Virus record (IMG/VR): IMGVR_UViG_3300046542_000227
Span: 186,001 to 250,000 of that record
DNA: 64,000 nucleotides
Strand: one strand, 5' to 3'
Shown here in pieces: positions 1 through 8,961 of the stretch. The notes beneath the pieces are model-generated. The model was not told the origin of the DNA. It ran no database searches and worked only from the letters and a program-made list of their open reading frames with translations. Position 1 is the stretch's first letter; each line of letters starts with the position of its first letter. Made by a program: the position numbers and the translations under genes.

Positions 1-969
1 CCGGCTGCCGTAATGGAAACTCAGCTGTTCACCCCGACCATCGTCATCACCGACGTACGTCAGGCCAGCTGGATCGGCGCCAACACGCCTGAGCTGTACT
101 TCCTGGCTCTGTCCAACGCCTACCGCACTACCGCTGGTACTGCATGGGCCGGCAGCCTGCTGCCAGACGTTGCCAAGAAAGACGACCCACGCGACATCGG
201 TGCTCTGACCTACCTGACCAAGGACGCGAAGAAGACCAAAACCAAAACCGATACCTTCACCCCGGCTCACTTCGGTGAACTGATGTTCATGCTGGTTCGT
301 CCTAACCCGACGTTCCTGATCGACATCAACCCGGTCGGCGAAAACTCGGCAATCGAAAACGTCCTGCTGATGGCGGCCAGCGATGGTCCGAACCGTGAGC
401 GCGCCGTAGCGATCCTGGTATCGAGCCTCAACAACCTGACCGCTGGCCACTTCAGCCAGATCTTCGACCACACCAAGCACCACTTGATCCGCATGTACGG
501 CACCGACGTACACCGCGGCTACTACCTGGACGCACGCGAAGATCGTCACGATCTCCGTGACCTGGGCACGCTGGAAGCGCTGAACGCATCGGGTGGCAAC
601 ATCCAAGAGTTCATCGCCTACTACCGTACCATGTGCGACCAAGCGATCCACCCGGAAATCCGCCTCAAGCAGCGCGTCGGTTACGAGCGTCAGTACCTGA
701 GCCAGAACCTGGTGATCCGCGGCAAGTACCACCGTCTGGTCTGGACTCCTGAGTTCATCCTGGCGCTGGACAATGCGGTTAAAGCTGCAGGCGTATCCGT
801 CGACGTGGAAAACGTGAGCACCGTTTACGGTTCTCAGCGCTTCACCGGCAACACTGCTGTTACTCAGTTCGCTGTGGCTCAACAAGCACAGTACGGCCTG
901 GGTGCCAACGCAGGTCAGGGCGGCTACGGTCTCCCAGGCGGCGCCGGTGCTGGTACCATGATGTACTAA
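1..969 (+). CDS. chmA: Chimallin (phage nuclear shell protein, phiKZ gp54-like), C-terminal part; 5' truncated by window
   Basis: Frame open from base 1; strong high-expression codon bias; Gly/Tyr-rich C-tail; own terminator; lies immediately upstream of the NADFDGD beta' gene as chmA does in Chimalliviridae (synteny-based call). Confidence 0.75.
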   Translation, partial: PAAVMETQLFTPTIVITDVRQASWIGANTPELYFLALSNAYRTTAGTAWAGSLLPDVAKKDDPRDIGALTYLTKDAKKTKTKTDTFTPAHFGELMFMLVRPNPTFLIDINPVGENSAIENVLLMAASDGPNRERAVAILVSSLNNLTAGHFSQIFDHTKHHLIRMYGTDVHRGYYLDAREDRHDLRDLGTLEALNASGGNIQEFIAYYRTMCDQAIHPEIRLKQRVGYERQYLSQNLVIRGKYHRLVWTPEFILALDNAVKAAGVSVDVENVSTVYGSQRFTGNTAVTQFAVAQQAQYGLGANAGQGGYGLPGGAGAGTMMY

Positions 970-989
970 GTACCAGACCACGGTAATAA

Positions 990-1023
990 AGAGAGGACCT
1001 TCGGGTCCTCTCTCTCTTTTTTT
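990..1023 (+). terminator. Intrinsic terminator after chmA
   Basis: GAGAGGACC-TTCG-GGTCCTCTC stem followed by T-tract. Confidence 0.85.
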
Positions 1024-1048
1024 GCCCTCCGACACAAAAGGACCAAGT

Positions 1049-2521
1049 ATGGGTGTTAGCCTACAGTGCGTCGATCACGATCAGGTGTTCAATAACCTCC
1101 CTTACGAACCTTTGATGGTGAGCTCTCTTGATACTTCCACTCCCGAGAAGTTGATTGAGTTCAAACGCCATATTTACAGTCACTACAACAACAGCGATAC
1201 GATTGAGGAATCGGCTGCTTGTACCTGTAAAAAGATCACTGATGTTGAGAAGATCGGTACCTTTTGCCCGGATTGCCACACTAAGGTGGAAGGCAGCAAC
1301 GAGCGTCCTATCGTACCGTCAATGTGGATGGAAGCGCCAGAAGGCGTAACCAGTCTGATCAGTCCACACCTGTGGATTATTCTGGACAGCAACACCACGA
1401 CGAAGGAGTTTAACTTCCTTCGCTATCTGACTGACACCAAATACAAGTTCGTGTTCGAACGCTTGAGCTCTAAAGAGACCAAGCGCAAGGTTGAGAAGTT
1501 GTTGGCACAGAACTTTGAACGTGGCCTCAACGCGTTCATCCGTGACTTCGATCGCATCATCGAGTTCTTCTTTCAAGCGAACATTATCGACAAGAACAAA
1601 GCCGAACTGGCAGCGTTCATCGGTAACAACAAAAAGGCCTTCTTCCCGCAAGTGCTACCACTGCCATCGCGGGTGTGTATGGTGGTTGAATCCACCACCA
1701 GCGGTACCTACATCGATAAGCCAATCCTCCTTGCGGTGGACGCTGCTTTGTCGATGGCTTCTATTGGGTCAACCAGCTTTAAGCTGAAGTCCATTGAAGT
1801 TCAGAACATCACCGCTCAGTCGATTGCGACCCTGAGCATGTTCCACCAGATTTATGACAAGGAGCGCCTGGCGCGTAAGCCTGGTCTGATTCGCCGACAT
1901 GTGTTGGCCAGCAGCCTGTATCTCACAGGCCGTAACGTGATCACCTCGATCTCGAAGCCACACAACTACGAGCAGATCGAACTGCCGTGGGGGATGGCGG
2001 TACAGTTGTTCAAGTACCACATCATGTCTAAACTGTTTAAACGGGGCTACACTGCTAACGAATCATTGGCAGCGGTGTATCAGAACGTACTGAACGAAAC
2101 CCCCAACCCAATGTTGGTGGAGATCTTCGACGAACTGATTGCTCAGTCGAACGGTGGTCGTGGACCTGCATGTATCTTCGGGCGTAACCCGACGCTGCAA
2201 CGTGGTTCAACGCAGATGTTCTACATCGGCACGATCAAAACGAACACACGCGACAACACCATCTCGATGTCGGTATTGTGCTTGAAGGCACCTAACGCTG
2301 ACTTCGACGGTGACCAACTCAACCTTACCTTGTTGACAGACAACCAACTCACTGCGGCGGCTTCACGACTTGCGCCTCACTTGTGGGTGTGGTCGCTGGA
2401 GACACCGCATGAGATCTCAGGTAACCTTGAGATTCAGGGACCAGTCATTGAAACGGCTGCTAACTGGATCACGCGGGCACGTCTGGCAGCGAAGGCCAAA
2501 CGAGAAGGCATAGCGGCATGA
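1049..2521 (+). CDS. rpoC: Non-virion RNA polymerase beta' subunit, N-terminal part (phiKZ gp55-like)
   Basis: Zn ribbon CTC...CPDC, RNPTL, catalytic NADFDGD; ATG 1049 preceded by AAGGA. Confidence 0.93.
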   Translation: MGVSLQCVDHDQVFNNLPYEPLMVSSLDTSTPEKLIEFKRHIYSHYNNSDTIEESAACTCKKITDVEKIGTFCPDCHTKVEGSNERPIVPSMWMEAPEGVTSLISPHLWIILDSNTTTKEFNFLRYLTDTKYKFVFERLSSKETKRKVEKLLAQNFERGLNAFIRDFDRIIEFFFQANIIDKNKAELAAFIGNNKKAFFPQVLPLPSRVCMVVESTTSGTYIDKPILLAVDAALSMASIGSTSFKLKSIEVQNITAQSIATLSMFHQIYDKERLARKPGLIRRHVLASSLYLTGRNVITSISKPHNYEQIELPWGMAVQLFKYHIMSKLFKRGYTANESLAAVYQNVLNETPNPMLVEIFDELIAQSNGGRGPACIFGRNPTLQRGSTQMFYIGTIKTNTRDNTISMSVLCLKAPNADFDGDQLNLTLLTDNQLTAAASRLAPHLWVWSLETPHEISGNLEIQGPVIETAANWITRARLAAKAKREGIAA

Positions 2522-3129
2522 ATGGATTTGCTGTATCAGGCGGGGACATTATTGATGTCTTCGCTGGAGGACATCTGGACAACAACACGTTGCAATGGCT
2601 TGGCCAACGTAACGAGTCGGTAATGCAATCGGTAACGAGCGCAGCCCAGGGCTTCTTCCAGCAAGCCCAGAACCTGTACCAAATGGTTTCGTCGTCAGAT
2701 GCATTGATGATGATGCGTAACCTCAAAGCCAAAACAGAAAACACTTGGGCATTCGATATCGTTCCGGTAACGAGCCTGGTGGGTCTGCAGACAGCTAACC
2801 CGTACATGCAACGCTGGATCATGGCTCAACCTGAGCTACGTCAGCGCTACCTCAATCAAGAGGTGGAAGGCTACGGTGAGTCGTATGAGAACAAACACGG
2901 TGATACTGTGGGCGACTCGCACTACGACTATCGTCGCGTCATGGATGGTGTGGTAACGCATACCGCTGAGCAATTCGGTTACAAGCACTATCTCGAACAG
3001 ACGCCAGAAGGCGAGCGCGAGCTGACAGTGTTTGAGAAGGTGGATATCCTCAAGACCTGGAACACCGTTCAGAAGTATCTGGATGAAGGTGATGAAGATC
3101 CATCCTCCGTAACTGGTGCGATGCTTTAA
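2518..3129 (+). CDS. Conserved Chimalliviridae core protein (possibly phiKZ gp59/Imp3-like by position)
   Basis: 203 aa, ATGA overlap with upstream gene; identity inferred from synteny only. Confidence 0.55.
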   Translation: MNGFAVSGGDIIDVFAGGHLDNNTLQWLGQRNESVMQSVTSAAQGFFQQAQNLYQMVSSSDALMMMRNLKAKTENTWAFDIVPVTSLVGLQTANPYMQRWIMAQPELRQRYLNQEVEGYGESYENKHGDTVGDSHYDYRRVMDGVVTHTAEQFGYKHYLEQTPEGERELTVFEKVDILKTWNTVQKYLDEGDEDPSSVTGAML

Positions 3130-3137
3130 TCCAACCC

Positions 3138-3170
3138 AGAGCCGCCCCTAACCGGGCGGCTTTTATTCCG
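3138..3170 (+). terminator. Hairpin/terminator
   Basis: GCCGCCC-CTAACC-GGGCGGC followed by TTTTATTCCG; nearly the same hairpin occurs inverted at 63094-63112. Confidence 0.7.
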
Positions 3171-3182
3171 AGTACCACAGCA

Positions 3183-3524
3183 ATGTCCGATAAACCACAA
3201 CCAGCGTTCGACCTGGTTAACTCCAGCCTTATATACAGCTGGGGTGGTCGTCCAGTATTCCTCGACGTTGAAGTAAAAGGACTACGGTTCTTTGCTCAAC
3301 CCGCTGAACCACTTTACATGGATTTCCTATTGGGTGATGTCAAACACCGACTGATCGCCCAGACGGATCCTGAGGGTGAAGAACCTCACGTTATCTGGAT
3401 GGGTCACTGTCCAGAAGATGATGACTTCTGGGTGCAGCTGGACATGGTCTCACTGCCTAAAGGGCATCCGACTCTCCAGTTCCTCCGTGTAGATGGCAAA
3501 CCCCTTTCGCAACACAAACCGTAA
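3183..3524 (+). CDS. Hypothetical protein
   Basis: 113-aa ORF filling the gap, GAG-type RBS upstream. Confidence 0.65.
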   Translation: MSDKPQPAFDLVNSSLIYSWGGRPVFLDVEVKGLRFFAQPAEPLYMDFLLGDVKHRLIAQTDPEGEEPHVIWMGHCPEDDDFWVQLDMVSLPKGHPTLQFLRVDGKPLSQHKP

Positions 3525-3549
3525 AACCAACCGTAAGGAATGCAACAAG

Positions 3550-4434
3550 ATGAAAAATCTGTTCCTCGCTGTAATGATGATGGCCTCCGCTTCGGCAATG
3601 GCTGCTCCAGCTCTGACCATCTGCACTGGTGGTGTCGGCGGTGCTTACGCTGACCTGGGTAAAGAACTCGGCAAAGCGATCGTCGACAAAGTCAAAGTCG
3701 CATCGCCAACCGAAATGGTTATCCTCAACACCGGTGGTTCGGCCGAGAACGCCCAGCGTGTTTCCAATGGCACCTGCGCCATGGCGATCATGCAAGGTGA
3801 TGCTGTCGCCAGCCGTGGTCTGCCACGCGACATCAAGGTCACCAACGCCCACGAGGAGGTCATCTACTGGATTCACGGTAAGACCGGTCTGAAGGACTTT
3901 GCTGACATCAGCAAGCCTGAAAACAAGAACCTGGGCATCGCCATCGTTAATGGCTCCGGTGCGCAAATCACCCTGACCAACTTCGGTAGCGTCGATGAGG
4001 ACTACAAAGACCTCAACGTCATGCCGTTCGATGATTGGGAATTTGCTGCTGAAGCCGCTGCTGAAGGTCGTACGCGTTCTGCCGGTAAAGAAGTGAAGAT
4101 CGCTGGTATGCTTTACGTCGGTCGCGCTGGCTTCCTGCCGGGTGCAATCACCAACGACTACAGCCAAGACCTGACTGTCGGTGAGATCAACGAATCCAGC
4201 TTCACCAAGGCCAAGGACTACAACGACAACGTGCTCTACACCGAGTGCGAAATCAAGAAAGGTGATACCGGTCCGATCGCCACCGATACCTGGGGCAAAC
4301 CTGATACACTGTGCATGCGTGCTCAAGTCGTCTTCAACAACGACTACGTGAACGCCATGCCTGATGCTGATCAGCGTGTAATGCGCAAAGCAGTAATGCA
4401 AGGCACCGCGCAGGTTCTGCGCAACAGCCGCTAA
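3550..4434 (+). CDS. Secreted TAXI-family (TRAP-type) solute-binding protein homologue
   Basis: Signal peptide MKNLFLAVMMMASASAMA; motifs ICTGGVGGAY, NTGGSAENAQRV, MAIMQGDA, GSGAQIT typical of TAXI receptors; AAGGA RBS. Confidence 0.75.
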   Translation: MKNLFLAVMMMASASAMAAPALTICTGGVGGAYADLGKELGKAIVDKVKVASPTEMVILNTGGSAENAQRVSNGTCAMAIMQGDAVASRGLPRDIKVTNAHEEVIYWIHGKTGLKDFADISKPENKNLGIAIVNGSGAQITLTNFGSVDEDYKDLNVMPFDDWEFAAEAAAEGRTRSAGKEVKIAGMLYVGRAGFLPGAITNDYSQDLTVGEINESSFTKAKDYNDNVLYTECEIKKGDTGPIATDTWGKPDTLCMRAQVVFNNDYVNAMPDADQRVMRKAVMQGTAQVLRNSR

Positions 4435-4436
4435 CA

Positions 4437-4478
4437 CGGCATAGGGGCGCTCCTTCGGGAGCGCTTCTTTTTTTCTTT
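4437..4478 (+). terminator. Intrinsic terminator
   Basis: CGGCATA flank, GCGCTCC-TTCG-GGAGCGC, long T-tract. Confidence 0.85.
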
Positions 4479-4525
4479 GTTTTGGTTTCGTGAGTAATCG
4501 GATGTATTTACACGGAGGGGCTACG

Positions 4526-4930
4526 ATGCCTACCTACATCCCTACCATGTCCATGATTGGCTGGACTGGTACGCCTCACGAAAAAGCCGCTTACATGATC
4601 GGCTGTTTTATTGCTGCCAACTACTCGCAATCCACCGCGTTGTACGGAAAAGTTACTACGCTTCAATATCTAGTGAAGAAGTATGCCAACCGCCTGTCTG
4701 ATCTGGAGAACGAACTGCGCATCATCTTCGAAGCGAAGGTGACGGCAACCTTCCCGGGAACAGCAACGTCTCAGGTCTACGTTCGTCAAACGGAAGATGA
4801 CAATCCTACTATCTATGCGATCACACTCCAATGTGAGATCACAGAGAATGGACGGACGTACACGATCGGCAAGTTGGTCCAGTTCAATAACTCTGTCATG
4901 GTTAAAATTTCGGATATCGCAAATGGCTGA
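4526..4930 (+). CDS. Conserved jumbo-phage hypothetical protein
   Basis: GGAGG RBS then ATG at 4526 (MPTYIP...). Confidence 0.7.
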   Translation: MPTYIPTMSMIGWTGTPHEKAAYMIGCFIAANYSQSTALYGKVTTLQYLVKKYANRLSDLENELRIIFEAKVTATFPGTATSQVYVRQTEDDNPTIYAITLQCEITENGRTYTIGKLVQFNNSVMVKISDIANG

Positions 4931-5408
4931 TGATAAAGAAGTAGAAGTGGTAGAAGGCGTAACTGAAGCTGAATCCCCACCAGAACGTGAAGCCGGTAAT
5001 ACTCCGGAGCGTCTGTACCAGCTGGAGCGTCAGATCGGTGGTTTGACCGAGCGCGTCAAGTTCCTGGAAGAGCACAACACTCAGCTGCTGCTGAACGTGC
5101 GTGAAGAAGCCATGCGCCTTCTGGGCATGACCTTCGCTACCATGGGTGAGAACCTGCTGACCTCGGCCGTAGCCCGCCACAAATACACGGCACACGTGAT
5201 CGACGGTAAAGACCACGTCGCCAACGACCAAACCTTCTATGCCACTCGCGAAGGCACCAAATGGTCGTACCACATTCTGAAGGGTGAAGAGATCACTCCT
5301 TTCGAATTGAGCGGTGTGACCGAGCCGATGCGTAAGGCCATGCTCGAATTGATGATGGCAACCCCGCCAGAAACCAAGTCGCTCGCATTCAACGTATACC
5401 GCGCCTAA
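4923..5408 (+). CDS. Hypothetical coiled-coil protein
   Basis: ATG overlapping upstream gene end; heptad LYQLERQIGGLTERVKFLEEHN. Confidence 0.7.
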   Translation: MADDKEVEVVEGVTEAESPPEREAGNTPERLYQLERQIGGLTERVKFLEEHNTQLLLNVREEAMRLLGMTFATMGENLLTSAVARHKYTAHVIDGKDHVANDQTFYATREGTKWSYHILKGEEITPFELSGVTEPMRKAMLELMMATPPETKSLAFNVYRA

Positions 5409-5417
5409 GGAGCCACC

Positions 5418-6011
5418 ATGTCGTCGCCTGAAGATAATGGCCAAGCCCAAAGCTACAGTGATCTGCTGCTCGGGGATTCCCTGCAGGCGATCCTGGATGC
5501 TACTGAAGCTGATATCCCGCGTATCTCGGAGTCGCGCTTCGTTAATGAAGTGCTGCCGCTGTTGGAGCGTCCGTTCTATCACCAATCGATGGCGGCTTAT
5601 ACCCGCTATGTGAAAGAGCTGACCAATCCACTGCGGGTTACTGAGGACAACGATCCGAACAAGATCCTGTTCGAAGTTCCACCGTTCATTCAAACGACCG
5701 GTGTGACCATGCCTGCTCCGGGTATGCCGACAACGGATACCACACTGCGTAACCTTTATGTCGAAGCCGAACGTGGCGTCGACGTGAACCCCGTGGTTGC
5801 TCAGTTCATGTCTCGCATCACGCGTAAGCCTGAACTACAGAAGACTCTGCTGGATCCTCTGAAAGCAATCCTGGAACGTTACGGTCGCACTATCGATATC
5901 TCTGACGAGAAGAACAAGCTGGAAGTGATTGCGCCTGAGTTGGCCCCACAGGTCAAAGCAGCCGAGATCCCAGCTAGCGGCGATAGTAGCTTTACTGGCG
6001 AGTACGAATAG
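5418..6011 (+). CDS. Conserved jumbo-phage hypothetical protein
   Basis: TAAGGAG RBS; 197 aa; acidic C-tip. Confidence 0.75.
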   Translation: MSSPEDNGQAQSYSDLLLGDSLQAILDATEADIPRISESRFVNEVLPLLERPFYHQSMAAYTRYVKELTNPLRVTEDNDPNKILFEVPPFIQTTGVTMPAPGMPTTDTTLRNLYVEAERGVDVNPVVAQFMSRITRKPELQKTLLDPLKAILERYGRTIDISDEKNKLEVIAPELAPQVKAAEIPASGDSSFTGEYE

Positions 6012-6016
6012 TCTAC

Positions 6017-7171
6017 ATGAACACAGCCAACTGCAAACGGCCAGGTTGGTTCCGCTGTGCGAGTTTTGGGGATGTCCATCTCGGGCACCCCAACACTCCT
6101 ACGGAGCACATCATCCGTAACCTCCTGCAATATGTTCACGAGGACCTGATCAAGGAACTCGACATGCTGATCATCGAGGGTGACTTGCTGGATCGGTTGC
6201 TCAACGCTGGTGATCCTAACATCTTCCGAGTCCATGCGTGGGCTACGTGGCTAATGCGTACATGCGCTAAGCACGGCACCATGCTGGAGATCTTGGAAGG
6301 CACCCCGTCACACGACTGGAATCAGTCGATGTACTTCGTAGAGCAGAAGATCAATGCCGACATTCCAGTTGACATGTTCTATGCGAAGAGTTTGACGGTC
6401 CGTTACATTGAGAAGTTCGATATGTACATGCTGTACGTACCGGACCACTGCTTGCCACATCCAGATGACATCCTTAAGGAAGCGCGTCTGCAGATGGCTA
6501 AGCTTGGGATTACCCAAGTGGACTTCGCAGTGATGCACGGTGCGTTCCGCTATCAATACCCGAAAGTGGTGATCGAACCGACCCACGACGAACCTACTTA
6601 CTTAGCTCTGGTGAAGTACTTCATCTTCATCGGGCACGTCCACCAGTCTTCTCAGTATGAGCGCATTCTAGCCGCCGGCTCTTTCGATCGTCTTAACCAT
6701 GGCGACGAAGGAATGAAAGGGTTTTATGACGTCAGCGTGCGTGAGGATGGGACACATCGGGTGACCTTCGTGGTCAACCACCATGCCAAACGTTACGACA
6801 CCTTAGAGTGTCATCACCTCGACACCAAGTCTATTAATGTGCTAGTACAAAAGCACATGGAAGGCTTGCGTAAGGGCAGTAGCATCCGCCTACGTTGTAA
6901 CAAGGGCGATCCTGCGGCTACCTACGTAGAAACGCTCAAACGCGAGTACAGTGACTTTGAATGGTCACCAGCCCTAGTCGAAGAGACCAAGACCAAGGCG
7001 AAGAAGTCTGTGGTAGATGTACTGGCTGATTTCGACATGAGTGCCTACCTTCCTATCAACGAACAGAGTCTGCTCGGGTTATTAAAGCCTGAGCTTGAGA
7101 AGTTCACCCAAGACCCTGCGGTAGTAGAGCGTTGCCTAAGGCATGCTGAGACTGTCCTGCTGGAGGATTAA
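6017..7171 (+). CDS. sbcD: SbcD/Mre11-like metallophosphoesterase nuclease (phiKZ gp65-like)
   Basis: Motifs GDVHLG, GDLLD, GTPSHD, MHG, GHVH. Confidence 0.88.
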   Translation: MNTANCKRPGWFRCASFGDVHLGHPNTPTEHIIRNLLQYVHEDLIKELDMLIIEGDLLDRLLNAGDPNIFRVHAWATWLMRTCAKHGTMLEILEGTPSHDWNQSMYFVEQKINADIPVDMFYAKSLTVRYIEKFDMYMLYVPDHCLPHPDDILKEARLQMAKLGITQVDFAVMHGAFRYQYPKVVIEPTHDEPTYLALVKYFIFIGHVHQSSQYERILAAGSFDRLNHGDEGMKGFYDVSVREDGTHRVTFVVNHHAKRYDTLECHHLDTKSINVLVQKHMEGLRKGSSIRLRCNKGDPAATYVETLKREYSDFEWSPALVEETKTKAKKSVVDVLADFDMSAYLPINEQSLLGLLKPELEKFTQDPAVVERCLRHAETVLLED

Positions 7172-7999
7172 ATGGCAATCGATCGCGAGGTGGGTGCGTT
7201 CCCATTGAGCATTGGTACTTCCTACGCACTTGAGGGCTTACTCGGTAATCACCCGGCTAAGCCTAATCAACCTTCCGGTCATAAAGGGATCACCACACTC
7301 TGGATCAATATCCGGACTCTGGTGCGTAACTACCGGGAAGCGGTGAAGACCGATGACAGAGACCGAATCAAATACGATTCGGCTGCAATCATGGTGCTGT
7401 CTGAGATGCAGGCTATCCCTGATATCCTGCGCTTTGCTAAGCGCAACATCGAGGTGGTGTTCTACCACCAGGCGATCGAGGACATTCGACAACAGTTCCC
7501 GAACGCGAATTATAAGAAGCCGAACACGGACAATCAAATGGCCGCGGCTACTTACGAAACCTTCACCTTACGATTCCTACTGGCCGAGTGTGTAAACGCT
7601 AAAGTGCCGGTACAGCAGATACGTCGACAACCACCGTCGTCACATCACGTGGCAGCGATACTAACCCACTACCCAAAGGACTTGTTCTGGAAGGGTTGTT
7701 TCGAACGTCTGTTCCTTTTGGAATCGCATACCGGCCAGCTTAAGACTTATGTGGATTGGTATAGCAAGCTGATTGGGATTAAGTCAGATAACCAAGTTCC
7801 CTTGAATGAGTTCACCATTCAGGTGTTCGGGGATAAGCACTTATTCGATGGTCAAGATAAGAAAATCAAGACCGAGTTGAAAGAGCTGGCGCGGGTTAAG
7901 CGTTGGAATGCTACAACTGGTATGAGTAAGGTGTCCTCTGATATCCTGGGTTACGGTAGTGTTTTGCTAAAGGAGACATACCGGAAACTACTCCCCTGA
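7172..7999 (+). CDS. Conserved core protein (phiKZ gp66-like position)
   Basis: 275 aa, abuts sbcD, GGAGG RBS. Confidence 0.7.
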   Translation: MAIDREVGAFPLSIGTSYALEGLLGNHPAKPNQPSGHKGITTLWINIRTLVRNYREAVKTDDRDRIKYDSAAIMVLSEMQAIPDILRFAKRNIEVVFYHQAIEDIRQQFPNANYKKPNTDNQMAAATYETFTLRFLLAECVNAKVPVQQIRRQPPSSHHVAAILTHYPKDLFWKGCFERLFLLESHTGQLKTYVDWYSKLIGIKSDNQVPLNEFTIQVFGDKHLFDGQDKKIKTELKELARVKRWNATTGMSKVSSDILGYGSVLLKETYRKLLP

Positions 8000-8088
8000 A
8001 ATAAATACTGAAGCACGTAATGATACGTGCACATCTACCGCCGACTACGACTGACCGTATGTCCTCTTGAAGTAAAAGGAATCGATTC

Positions 8089-8841
8089 ATGAATCAACCT
8101 GCTCGCCCTGCCCTCGACCCGAATATCCTTGACGTAATGTCCAACTGGCTCTTCACCGATCCAGTCCCGGGCGCATCGAAGCGTCCTAACTTCCGCATCA
8201 AGGTCCTGGGCAACGTTCCACGTATCTCGGTCAAGACCAACGTCGACGGCGACAAGATGTTTGGCAAGATCGACTTCCAGACTGACCTGGCTACCTTCGG
8301 TACCATCTTGGCGTTGGCGTCTGACATGGCTGAAGGCCGTGACGAAAGCGAAGGCTACAGCTGGGACTACAAGGACGACTTCCTGGCCGGCAAGAAGCTG
8401 GACCGCGAAATGGTTCTGTCGACTCTGCAAATCGGTCGTGACCGTGAATCCGGCCGCATGTACGTTGCTGTGATCTCCAGCGACAAATCCCGTCCACGCA
8501 TCCAGTTCTGGTTCGGCCCAACCAAGTACCACGATATCCGCAATCGTGATGGCAGCCCACTGACCCCGAAGAAACTCTCCGAGTCCTTCGCACGTGGCTT
8601 CCTGAAACCGATGGGCGACATCGTCGTGCAAATGCTGATGACCACCTTCAACCCTGATGCCAAGAACGTGGCCAAGTCCATGGCTCCTGGTGGCGGCGGT
8701 GGCGGTGGTTACCAGCAACAAGGCCGTGGTGGTAACAACTACGGTGGTGGTAATCAAGGTGGCGGTAACAGCTACCAAGGCGGCGGTCAGAGCCGTGCAC
8801 CTGCAACTGATGCAGTTGACTTCGACGACTTCGTGATGTAA
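8089..8841 (+). CDS. chmC: ChmC/Imp6-like nucleus-associated RNA-binding protein (phiKZ gp67 position)
   Basis: 250 aa, folded N-domain plus Gly/Asn/Gln/Tyr disordered tail with acidic tip; directly upstream of the sigma-like subunit. Confidence 0.7.
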   Translation: MNQPARPALDPNILDVMSNWLFTDPVPGASKRPNFRIKVLGNVPRISVKTNVDGDKMFGKIDFQTDLATFGTILALASDMAEGRDESEGYSWDYKDDFLAGKKLDREMVLSTLQIGRDRESGRMYVAVISSDKSRPRIQFWFGPTKYHDIRNRDGSPLTPKKLSESFARGFLKPMGDIVVQMLMTTFNPDAKNVAKSMAPGGGGGGGYQQQGRGGNNYGGGNQGGGNSYQGGGQSRAPATDAVDFDDFVM

Positions 8842-8843
8842 CA

Positions 8844-8881
8844 CGGCATAAAGATCCCAGGACTTCGGTCCTGGGGTTTAT
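8844..8881 (+). terminator. Hairpin of the CGGCATAAA family
   Basis: CCCAGGAC-TTCG-GTCCTGGG with CGGCATAAA 5' flank. Confidence 0.75.
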
Positions 8882-8904
8882 AACCTCTACGTTTATTCAA
8901 GTAA

Positions 8905-8930
8905 AATTAAGACATATATCATTATCGTGC
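8905..8930 (+). promoter_or_regulatory. Putative phage early promoter
   Basis: TATATCA-N5-GTG motif shared with 13879, 57095, 57558, 60154. Confidence 0.6.
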
Positions 8931-8961
8931 AATAGCGCTAACGTGATCCAAGGAAACCATT

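Noticed and set aside
1022-1048. ORF-track upstream starts (1022, 3493, 4490, 4797, 12032, 29684, 57107, 57850, 59319, 63093)
   Set aside because: They run through terminators, promoters or neighbouring genes; downstream ATGs have clear RBSs
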